Positions 25,074 to 35,722 of a stretch of DNA of 64,000 nucleotides are shown here, in pieces. Position 1 is the first letter of the stretch; every line of letters begins with the position of its first letter. Location of the stretch: positions 16,430,001 to 16,494,000 of the forward strand of contig NC_047022.1 in NCBI RefSeq assembly GCF_902652985.1, given 5' to 3'. The DNA is from Pecten maximus. Lineage: Eukaryota. The position numbers were made by a program, and so were the translations under genes. The notes beneath the pieces are model-generated. The model saw only the letters and a list, made by a program, of their open reading frames with translations, did no database searches and was not told the origin of the DNA.

Positions 25074-26199
25074 CTAGCTGTAATTTATTTCAATAAGAGT
25101 GTTGATGAATTCCCGGATGTTTGCGATCCATGCGGAGATTTTCCGTCTATGGTTTCCTGACGGCGCAATAAACTCGCTTCCTCCTTCTGTACTAGGGTTT
25201 TCAGACGTAGTTTGCTGGCGAATTGCTTTCTGTGCCGACATGTTGACAGAAATCGGATGAATAGTGTTCGTACTGGTAGTGGATAGTGTTTCTGACTGAC
25301 AGTCATGTTTTGTCGCCAACATGTCATCGTCTGCCATCTTCACCATCTCCGCCGAATGCATCAGGTATATGCTGTATTCTTCCTCCATTTCATCCCCAGT
25401 GTCATCTATTCCTAACATGAGAAAAATATCTGTCATAGAAAACGATTTGATTTTATTCATCTCTTTTGAGGATTCTAGTTTACAAAAACAGGATTAACCT
25501 AGAGAGAAAACGGTTGCTTACAAAGACCGGAAGTTACGTACAAAATACAATGGACTTTCTTGGTGCAAATTATTCACTCGATTCAATCTAAAGATTTGAT
25601 CATAACTACATTAATCTTTGTCTGAAAAGTGGCATCTCTAAAAAAAGAAATCAAGATAATGGACAGCTCCGCAATAGCAGTTGATATTTTAAAAAAAAAC
25701 TTCGTTTCATTAATTCCGTATTGGAATTGAATGCTGAAGCATTGAGCAGGACTATATTTACGGCTAGGCCTATTATATGGGCTATTGGTGTTATTATTCA
25801 ACGTATAAAATGTCAATATTGATATTTACCAATATGTTGAAATTTCTGTTGATGTGGAATTGATAAAGCCTCCCCGCCGTTCCAGAATGTCTGTAACCTC
25901 CCGTGACAGACGCCAGTCCTGTGATGTCTGGGCGGTCTCTCTTCCCACCGTACGGCATAGTTCTCCTCATCCAGAACAACCCATTTCCAATTGAACTCCG
26001 ACTTTGACGGAAGTTCCACAGCAGCAAACCACGTTCCTGATTTTGGCGGGAACTCCTTGGCATGCGCCGCACCTTCAAGTTGCCACGTGCCTAGTTCTTC
26101 TATAGATCCACACAGTGCCAGCCGGTCGTGTGTGTTTTGTACTACGTACGATATTTCGAATAAGTAGGATACAAAATTGGCCCTACTACTCAGCGACAT
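25074..26199 (-). CDS. CBM20 (starch/glycogen-binding) domain protein; N-terminal CBM20 plus acidic/Ser-Thr-rich C-terminal half, ~256 aa, 2 exons
   Basis: Exon 1 26199-25830 (donor G|GTAAAT) encodes LALCGSIEELGTW...W...VELP..SEFNWKWVV......VRWEE, the CBM20 pattern. The acceptor at 25475-6 joins in frame to the 128-aa ORF ending at 25074. A second acceptor at 25499-500 would end the protein at 124 aa. Confidence 0.75.
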
Positions 26200-26314
26200 A
26201 TCACTAAGTGTGACGTCACTGACTGGTTGACGTCACAATACAAATATTTCACGGGTGATTGTAATCGGGATAATTCGAGTCAAATTCACGGACGTCAATC
26301 AGTTTAATCACTGG

Positions 26315-26536
26315 GTTGGTTTGTTTTTGTTTAATGTCCTATTAACAGCGAGGGTCATTTAAGGACGTGCCAGGTTTGGAGGTGGAGGAAAGCCGGAGTA
26401 CCCGGAGAAAAACCACCGGCCTTAGTACGGTCAGTACCTGGCAACTGCCCCACGTAGGTTTCGAACTCGCAACCCAGAGGTGGAGGGCTAGTGTTATAGT
26501 GTCGGGACACCTTAACCACTCGGCCACCGCGGCCCC
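26315..26536 (-). mobile_element. Full-length tRNA-derived V-type SINE with 9-bp TSD
   Basis: Starts GGGGCCGCGGTGGCCGAGTGGTTAAG (A box); B-box GTTCGAAAC; V-domain-like GTTTTTCTCCGGGTACTCCGGCTTTCCTCC; (AAAC)n tail; TSD AATCACTGG at 26306-14 and 26537-45. Confidence 0.9.
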
Positions 26537-26984
26537 AATCACTGGTTAACATCAAAATAATTCGTAATGGACTTCTGTTATGTATCTTGGGTTTTGCAGT
26601 GATCTTGTGGCGGTACACACATTCCCTTCGGTTGCGCAAATGTACTGAATATCATTGGCACTACAACATTAAGGTTCTAAAAACACTGTCTTAACATAGT
26701 TTTGACAACTATTTACCAGTTTGACAGGTCAGTTGACATGATGCTGAGGGCGGATTGCACTACTACGCTTGTATCATCCATACCTCCAAAGTTTTAAAAG
26801 CACAGATAAGTTTGTATCAAATGCAAGCTAGGGCCGTTTGTCGGTTAGTCTTGTTGGAGTATGTGTAACTGGAGAGGCCTTACTAAACAATCGAGGTCTA
26901 GGCTTGGAACTTGTAAAAGCAGGGATTTTCGTCTGCGAAAAGCCTCCAGGAAGATTGCAGTATATTATACAATGTACGCCCGAT

Positions 26985-27792
26985 CATCATCACATCATCA
27001 TCGTCATCATCAAACTTTATTTCCTCCCAAAGGAGATAAGTGGAATACAACAAAATCGACAGAAAAAAAAGGAATATCAAAATAAGTGAAGAGTTCATTT
27101 AGCGCGCTTTCCATGAGTAGCTACTATGTAGCTTACTCACTATCGCGTACTTACATCAGAATCAGGGCGAGAATAAGCGCGTGACGCTAACAACGAATCG
27201 AGCCGCCTTCATAAGGAAGCGATTCCTGCAAATATCATCATCAAATGGAATGTTCTTACTAGCGCCTAGTAGGACTTGAACAAATGATGCGTTGTTCTCG
27301 CATGTCACGATGTTGAAAACACGTGGGCCAAAATCGTTCAGAATATCTTGTAGGAAACGTTCACGTGATTCCCTGAAGTGGGGGCAGATGGAGCTGCTAT
27401 GCACGATGACATCGCTGAAGGGCTGGTTGCACAAGACACACACTGCACTAACATGGCTTGAGGTCAATGTTGCACATAACGATTGAATTATCTGGGTGTC
27501 TGGTAGAGATTCCGCGACTTGCCACATAACGTAAGGTCCATATGAGCAGTGGCACGCACGAAACAACTCAAAATCGCGATCAGATGCCATGCGATCCTGT
27601 AAGGCTTTGTTTTCGGTACTAGATATAGCCGCCTTTACTAGACGTTTCCATTGCCGTTTCGGAGGAAAGACGTAGGTTTGAGTATATGTAACAAGGTACG
27701 GAAATAGTTTATATCTCTGGAGCACATTGGTTATATCTGGGAAGTACCCGTTGGCGCGAGGACATCCAGGTTTGAAGGCATGCGCACTCAAA
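26985..27792 (-). mobile_element. Young 5'-truncated non-LTR retrotransposon (LINE ORF2 C-terminus with CCHC zinc finger), flanked by a 157-bp direct duplication
   Basis: ORF open from the insertion junction (27791) to the stop at 27162, with CVLC-x9-H-x4-C. 3' AATAAA (27021-27016) then a (GAT)n-like tail. Flanks 26828-26984 and 27793-27949 are identical except for one G/A. Confidence 0.85.
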
Positions 27793-28400
27793 CTAGGGCC
27801 GTTTGTCGGTTAGTCTTGTTGGAGTATGTGTAACTGAAGAGGCCTTACTAAACAATCGAGGTCTAGGCTTGGAACTTGTAAAAGCAGGGATTTTCGTCTG
27901 CGAAAAGCCTCCAGGAAGATTGCAGTATATTATACAATGTACGCCCGATACAGATGTACATTTGTATATTGTATGTCACCAATATTTACAGCGAACAGTA
28001 ATTGACCTAAGATAGAACATTGAGGAACTCCTGCTTTAATAGTTCACCAGATATCCCACGTATGATTTTATTTCAATTATCAGTTTTTATGCCATACGTG
28101 ACCAAAGGCCTTAGCAATGTCACAGAACACCAAAAAGGGAAGGCCTACTTTCTTCTAGAGCTTGAGAAGATATTATGGTTAATTTAAGAAGTTGATAAGA
28201 TTTCCTTCCTATGTTATCATTATTTGAGTCATCTTTGCAAAAAAGGGGGAATAAATAATAAAAGAAACGTCCAAGCCGTAGTTTTACGCCATATTGTGTG
28301 TATGACCCATTTGGACAGAATCATCCTCGGAGAGACATGCCGGAAAACGTAACATTATTTTTTAACTGGATAAACTCCCGCGTAATATCACATCGTTTGC
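27793..28400 (-). mobile_element. Old degenerate CR1/L2-group LINE reverse transcriptase remnant (target of the younger LINE)
   Basis: Minus-strand motifs VFCDIAKAFGHVWH (28130-28089), GVPQCSILGQLLF (28031-27993) and RLFADE followed by ILQQD inside the duplicated block; frameshifts and stops. Confidence 0.75.
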
Positions 28401-28949
28401 AAAACTATCGCGATATGATGCGAAAGGTTCACGTAATATCTTAAAGTTACCGTGTCTACTCTTAATGCAAAATCTTTGCATAATATTTCTAACCTATCGC
28501 GTTAAAACCTTCTCTCTCGCAATATCGAGAAACTGTTACAATGATTGACGATCTTTCAGCTCAACCGACTTTCGTACTTAGAAAATGCATCTTGGACATA
28601 ATTATGAGGGTGAACCTTTGGCCCTCTCATCTTGACTCAGAATTTGTGTGCTGCAACCAAACGTTGGCTGGTTCGTAAATTTCAAATCCTATTTATATTA
28701 ACATCTAAGTATATGTGTGCCACTAGTGTGTAGCCATAACACCATGGTGTAGCTTACGCAACACTTCCTTTGATATTTACTACGTTATGTATATGAAATT
28801 TGTATCAAAATAGCAAAATCACAGGAAAAACAGCGGTTTGGCTTCTAAGGAATATTTATTTAATAAACATAATATAATATATACGACGACGATGACGATG
28901 ATGATGATGATGATGATATCACAGACGTTATTGCAGAAGTTATTTGTCT

Positions 28950-29819
28950 TCAGTAGAACAGATCTTCATTGAAGATAGCATACATATCCTGATGCCGCAT
29001 CCGAAGTCTCTGGATGGCGGGATGTAGCGATCGGACAGATACGTCTCCGGACCGAGAGTCCACGCAAACTGACCGCACAGACGCGGCACTCTGAGTTCGC
29101 CAAACATTGGTCTGTTTTTTCTTGATGCATGAGAAGAGGATGGAGGTTATTCTGTTCAAAATCCGGTTTTTCAAACTGACTTTTCTACTAGGTGAACAGG
29201 TAGGTATCTCTGTTAAGGTAATAAAAACTAAATATTAGATCTATGGGTGGATCTTAAACATATGATTGAATAAGCATGTGCTTGGAAACATTAAAACCTG
29301 TCATTCGACTCTTTGTTACAATGATTAAAGTTTATACCATCAGGAAATAAGAAATATTTATGGAAAATCTCTTACGGTATGAATGGACGCCTTCCACGAG
29401 AGAACACTCTGAACAGGCCCAGTATCCGCCAGATGTTGGTGGTCTGCGCAGGTCAGAGGAAACGGAAATAGAAGATACAGATCCATGGGCGATTACCACC
29501 ACTTCCGGATACAGACAAGCAGGAACTCTTCTGTCTGATTGTACTTGTGTCTGATGATAGAAATAACGTATCAACATATGCTTAAAATATTCAGATTTAA
29601 AATACATGAGTGATAAGAATGAGGAGTAAATCTTCAAATCAACATTTATACCCCCCCACCCCCCAAAAAAAAATTAAATAAAAAAAACAACAACAAAAAA
29701 CTATAAAAAAAACTTTCGTCCTATATATTGCATGTAACGTACTGTAGTTGAGTTGAAGATTGTATATAAGAACACAAACAAATCATCTTTACCTTGTCAA
29801 ATTGGTTAGTTTTGTCCAT
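28950..29819 (-). CDS. Hypothetical ~153-aa Ser/Arg-rich protein, 3 coding exons, no recognisable domain
   Basis: Exons 29819-29793 (MDKTNQFDK|GTAAAG), 29550-29376 (CAG|...C|GTAAGA) and 29209-28950 (TTAACAG|...TGA). Phases 0 and 1 are consistent. Upstream acceptor at ~29846 and a putative non-coding exon donor at 30622/30621; AATAAA at 28860-28855. Confidence 0.65.
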
Positions 29820-31329
29820 GATGTCTTTTAGAGTTCTGTGTTTTCCTAGAATTAAAGAAGTTTTCAAATTAAAAACAAAAACACACACAATCAAAAACAG
29901 AAAACGCATTTAAATGAATTAATCACATTAAAAGAAAAGCAAAAACAAAAATATATTCCAATGATTAGTGTAGTATGCTCTTAATTTACATTACATTGAG
30001 TGATATGACAGTAATATCGTATAGGACGTTTTGATGGCACTTTAATAAGGCTGCATAATAATCCATTTGATATTGCTACTAGGGTTACACAACTGCTGAC
30101 TCCCATAATTCCAGATTTTTTGTCGATTGAAAATTTTCGAAGCATGCTACTTTACAAAAAAGAAACAATTACAGTATCTGAAATCAGTCTTTCCTATTCC
30201 GCGAAAAAAATGACAACGCGAAAATACTTGTGTTTGATAAAATGCGCAAAATCCTTTAGACCCAATTGATATGGCAAATTAAGATCGTATTAGGAAGCAA
30301 CGAAATAGGGTAATATGATTAACATATCAGTTGAGAGAAATATCAAAATGTTCCTATCTACATGTTACTATTTGGACATGAACTTATTTAAAATCATTTC
30401 AGATACATTAATTCCTTTGTGAAATTATATTTTCGAATTTTATTTCTTAAGTTAGCGCAACAGTTTCAAACTGCTATCATACGTCAGAGGCGATATATAG
30501 TCTATTAGAAAAAAGGTTTACTATGCATTGTAAAGTATTAATTGTCAGTCCGTAATACTCAATATTCTTATTTGTAATATAAATCGTGTTCATTTTAAAT
30601 AATTAATAATGCAAAACCTACCTTATTGTTGCCAGAGAGGTCTATGATATCAAAATATGTGCAAAAAATGTCGATTTATTTCGGATCTTGTTGCAGTACA
30701 GCAGCTGTTACAATATCATCGATGTAGACACGTAAAGGGGTTGCCGTGGTAGGGTACGTAATGACGTCATAATGGTAATGACGTCATAGATAGATAAAAT
30801 CTCGTTCTTTACTTCCGTTGAGAACCGTGACTTCATCAAAGCCGAGAACTGTGTGATATTCTCGTTAATTCTTCGATATTCCGGTCGCTGCATCATCAAA
30901 TCTAGTTTCCCGTGCGTATATATAAAAATACAAATATTCGTTAATATAGTGTTTTTTTAATTTTCAAATATTAGAAAAACGGACCGTCTTTTTATTATTG
31001 AAAAGGATTCGTCTAACGGGGAAAATATAGCTGACATCGGACGGACGGACGACACACACGCCAGACGCCGAACAACGTCATAAGCTGATCACGTGCATTC
31101 GGACAGGTGCGCTTAAATGTACCGGGTTCCGGGAAGGCAAGGTATAGTCCCCTTTATAAAGAAAGTGGTGGTTGTTATTCTTAAGCTGAAATACACGATT
31201 TTACTATTTGAGAACCCTTCATAGAATACAGGGGTCAAAACTAGTTTAAAACTCCATATAATTCCGTCTGAAAATCCAGGTCTTACTTGGGTCGGGAAAA
31301 AAAGTTAAAAATATTCTTCCTAAATTTCC

Positions 31330-31990
31330 TCGATCTGTGAGTTTTCCATTTCTATATAGCAACATCCCTGCTTCCCCTACATATTCGATATTCAAGGACT
31401 AGATGTTCTTGACAGATGTCTACTATTGACCGAGGTATAAACAACACAAGGTTTCGAATAAAGCAGGTTCGTGAAGGCTATGGTAAGGTTCCATGGTCGA
31501 AATCATGATTTCATTGAGAAATATGTATGGATTTTGAAGAACTCCAAAGACATTTTGGTCAACATTGCGTCTCTCCTATAAAAACATTTTGTCACTCTTC
31601 TCATTCCAAACTTAGCGCATCCGTTCCCGTAGCTTTCTATTACGGGAAGACGAACTGCGTAACTCATGGTTGTAAATTATATTACGACTAGCAGGCCCAA
31701 AGGAAATGAACAGAGGATAAAATCGCGAGAATAATTAAAATTCTGGCCGACAACTTCGTTGAATTTGGTGACAAGGTTAGACTAGTGCATGGTATGTACC
31801 CATGCGATCCGTTAGACTTATCAGAGCATTAACCAGAGTCTATGAAATTGTAGTTCTCGCACGATTTCCTATACAGATGTCCACTAATGACTGATACAAA
31901 CATAATATAACCTCTTGACAGATGCAGATGTCGATCAAGGAATAACATTCGGATTTTTTTCCATTGTACGATATCAAAGGTCTATGTTTG
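31330..31990 (+). mobile_element. Highly degraded Penelope-like element RT remnants
   Basis: FPFLYSNIPASPTY (~31345-31386) resembles the PLE NFPFL.SNIP.SPAYG motif; weaker DNFVEFG-like and LYD-like pieces lie downstream. Confidence 0.45.
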
Positions 31991-32016
31991 TTGACATCCA
32001 TATCGTTTCTATCCTT

Positions 32017-35000
32017 TGGACACGTCTGTCGGCCATCATTTGGACACGTCTGTCAGCCATCATTTGGACACGTCTGTCAGCCATCATTTGGACACGTATG
32101 TCAGTGGTTCTATTCTTTTGAACACGTTGGTCGGCGGTTCTATTCTTTTGAATACGTTGGTCAGTGGTTCCGTTCATTTGAACACGTCAGACAGTGGTTC
32201 TGTTCTTTTGAACACGTCAGACGGTGGTTCTGTTCTTTTGAACACGTCTGTCATTGGTTCTGCTCATTCCAACACATCTGTCAGTGGTTCTGTTCATTTG
32301 AACATGTCTGTCAGTGGTTCTGTTCATTTGAACATGTCTGTCAGTGGTTGTCCTTTTGAACATATCTATCAGTGGTTCTGTTTCATTTTAACACGTCTAT
32401 CAGTGGTTCTGTTCATTTGAACACATCTGGCAGTGGTTGTCCTTTTGAACATGTCTGTCAGTGGATGTTTTATTGAACACATCTGTCAGTGGTTCTGTTC
32501 TTTTGAACACGTCAGACAGTGGTTCTGGTCTCTTGAACACGTCAGACAGTGGTTCTGTTCTTTAGAACACGTCAGCTAGTGGTTCTTTTCTCTTGAACAC
32601 GTCTGTCAGCTGTCAGTGTTTCTGTTCTTTTGAACACATCTGTCAGTGGTTGTTTCTTTTGAATACGTCAGTCAGTGGTTCCGTTTCATTTGAATACGTC
32701 TGTCAGTGGTTCTGTTCATTTGAACACGTCTGTCAGTGTTCTGTTCATTCGAACACATCTGTCAGTGATTCTGTTCATTTGAACACATCTGTCAGTGGTT
32801 CTGTTCTTTTGAACACATCTGTCAGTGGTTCTGTTCTCTTGAACACGTCTGTCAGTGGTTCCGTTCTTTTGAACACATCTGTCAGTGGTTCCGTTCATTT
32901 GAACACATCTGTCAGTGGTTCTGTTCATTTGAACATGTCTGTCAGTGGATGTTTTATTGAACACATCTGTCAGTGGTTCTGTTCATTTTAACACATCTGT
33001 CAGTGGTTCTGTTCTTTTGAACACATCTGTCAGTGGTTCTGTTCTCTTGAACACGTCTGTCAGTGGTTCCGTTCTTTTGAACACATCTGTCAGTGGTTCT
33101 GTTCTCTTGAACACGTCTGTCAGTGGTTCTGTTCATTTGAACACATCTGGCAGTGGTTCTGTTCTTTTGAACACATCTGTCAGTGGTTCTGTTCTCTTGA
33201 ACACGTCTGTCAGTGGTTCCGTTCTTTTGAACACATCTGTCAGTGGTTCTGTTCTTTTGAACACATCTGTCAGTGGTTCTGTTCTCTTGAACACGTCTGT
33301 CAGTGGTTCCGTTCTTTTGAACACATCTGTCAGTGGTTCCGTTCTTTTGAACACATCTGTCAGTGGTTCTGTTCATTTGAACACATCTGTCAGTGGTTCT
33401 GTTCATTTGAACATGTCTGTCAGTGGTTCTGTTCTTTAGAACATGTCTGTCAGTGGTTGTTTCTTTTTAACACGTCTGTCAGTCGTTCTGTTCATTTGAA
33501 CATGTCTGTCAGTGGTTCTGTTCATTTGAACATGTCTGTCAGTCGTTCTGTTCATTTGAACATGTCTGTCACTGGTTCTGTTCATTTGAACATGTCTGTC
33601 AGTGGTTCTGTTCATTTGAACATGTCTGTCAGTGGTTCTGTTCATTTGAACATGTATGTCAGTGGTTCTGTTCATTTGAACACATCTGTCAGTGGTTCTG
33701 TTCATTTGAACACATCTGGCAGTGGTTCTGTTCATTTGAACACGTCAGACAGTGGTTCTGTTCATTTGAACACATCTGGCAGTGGTTCTGTCCTTTTGAA
33801 CATGTCTGTCAGTGTTCTGTTCATTCGAACACATCTGTCAGTGATTCTGTTCATTTGAACACATCTGTCAGTGGTTCTGTTCATTTGAACACATCTGGCA
33901 GTGGTTCTGTTCTTTTGAACACATCTGTCAGTGGTTCTGTTCTCTTGAACATGTCTGTCAGTGGTTCCGTTCTTTTGAACACATCTGTCAGTCGTTCTGT
34001 TCATCTGAACATGTCTGTCACTGGTTCTGTTCATTTGAACATGTCTGTCAGTGGTTCTGTTCATTTGAACATGTCTGTCACTGGTTCTGTTCATTTGAAC
34101 ATGTCTGTCAGTGGTTCTGTTCATTTGAACACATCTGTCAGTGGTTCTGTTCATTTGAACACATCTGGCAGTGGTTCTGTTCATTTGAACACGTCAGACA
34201 GTGGTTCTGTTCATTTGAACACATCTGGCAGTGGTTCTGTCCTTTTGAACATGTCTGTCAGTGTTCTGTTCATTCGAACACATCTGTCAGTGATTCTGTT
34301 CATTTGAACACATCTGTCAGTGGTTCTGTTCATTTGAACACATCTGGCAGTGGTTCTGTTCTTTTGAACACATCTGTCAGTGGTTCTGTTCTCTTGAACA
34401 CGTCTGTCAGTGGTTCCGTTCTTTTGAACACATCTGTCAGTGGTTCTGTTCATTTGAACACATCTGTCAGTGGTTCTGTTCATTTGAACATGTCTGTCAC
34501 TGGTTCTGTTCATTTGAACATGTCTGTCAGTGGTTCTGTTCATTTGAACACATCTGTCAGTGGTTCTGTTCATTTGAACACATCTGTCAGTGGTTCTGTC
34601 CTTTAGAACATGTCTGTCAGTGGTTCTGTTCTTTTGAACATGTCTGTCACTGGTTCTGTTCATTTGAACATGTCTGTCACTGGTTCTGTTCATTTGAACA
34701 TGTCTGTCACTGATTCTGTTCATTTGAACATGTCTGTCACTGGTTCTGTTCATTTGAACATGTCTGTCACTGGTTCTGTTCATTTGAACATGTCTGTTAC
34801 TGGTTCTGTTCATTTGAACATGTCTGTCAGTGGTTCTGTTCATTTGAACATGTCTGTCACTGGTTCTGTTCATTTGAAAATGTCTGTCAGTGGTTCTGTT
34901 CATTTGAACATGTCTGTCAGTGGTTCTGTTCATTTGAACACATCTGTCAGTGGTTCTGTTCATTTGAACACATCTGTCAGTGGTTCTGTTCATTTGAACA

Positions 35001-35190
35001 CATCTGGCAGTGGTTCTGTTCATTTGAACACGTCAGACAGTGGTTCTGTTCATTTGAACACATCTGGCAGTGGTTCTGTCCTTTTGAACATGTCTGTCAG
35101 TGGATGTTTTATTGAATACGTCTGTCAGAAGTTCAGTTCTCTTGAACACGTCTGTCAGTGGTCCTATTCATTTAGAACAAGTCTGTAAGT
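32017..35190. repeat. ~3.2-kb minisatellite: three 24-bp units grading into ~100 copies of a 30-bp unit (GAACACATCTGTCAGTGGTTCTGTTCATTT)
   Basis: Direct tandem repeats. A diagnostic variant (CAGTGTTCTGTTCATTCGAAC) recurs at ~32734, 33810 and 34259. Confidence 0.95.
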
Positions 35191-35722
35191 CATCATATTC
35201 CTTTAAACAAGGCTAGATTAGTATGGCACCAAAGATATTCTATCCATTTTGATAATTCTCTATTTAAAACAGGAGACAAAAAGTATATCAATGAAAGCAA
35301 ATGTTTTAATACAAACACACATGACAGTAGCTAGGTAATAATATTAATGCTTCTTACATTTGTTCAATTTTACAAATTCATTAAAGCTTTGTTCAACGTT
35401 TAGCACTTTATAAGAAATATATTCTAAAACTGAAGGTTTGAAGATACATTTTCAACAATTTATTATAAAACTATTGTAGACATTCTTGTATTTTTAGTCC
35501 GAGACAAGGGCCTTTGACGACATTCTTTGTTTTCATCAGAAATTCTTGTTAAGGATTTTTTTCCAGAAGAGCTTTTTAAAATGTCTCTATTCGGTTAGTT
35601 CAAACAAGGATCTTTGAAGACAATCCTTATAGAACACGTCCAATTAATCCTTGATTGTATAAATTAAGAAGCGTACAAGACAAACACAGGTGGAGGCACA
35701 CATGACACAATGAACAGTGGTG

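Noticed and set aside
26315-26536. tRNA gene candidates (also 37923 and ~51640-51710)
   Set aside because: A and B boxes are present, but they are followed by a SINE body, tail and TSD and do not form a complete cloverleaf.
26828-27949. LTR element or Penelope pseudo-LTR interpretation of the 157-bp direct repeats
   Set aside because: No TG...CA ends, PBS or PPT. The repeat is collinear with the flanking old RT, and the insert has a LINE-type 3' tail.
31915-35188. Many long ORFs on both strands (LNTSVSGSV / MNRTTDR repeats)
   Set aside because: They result from a 30-bp unit lacking stops in several frames. There are frequent frameshifting unit variants, and no signal peptide, unique domain or splice context.
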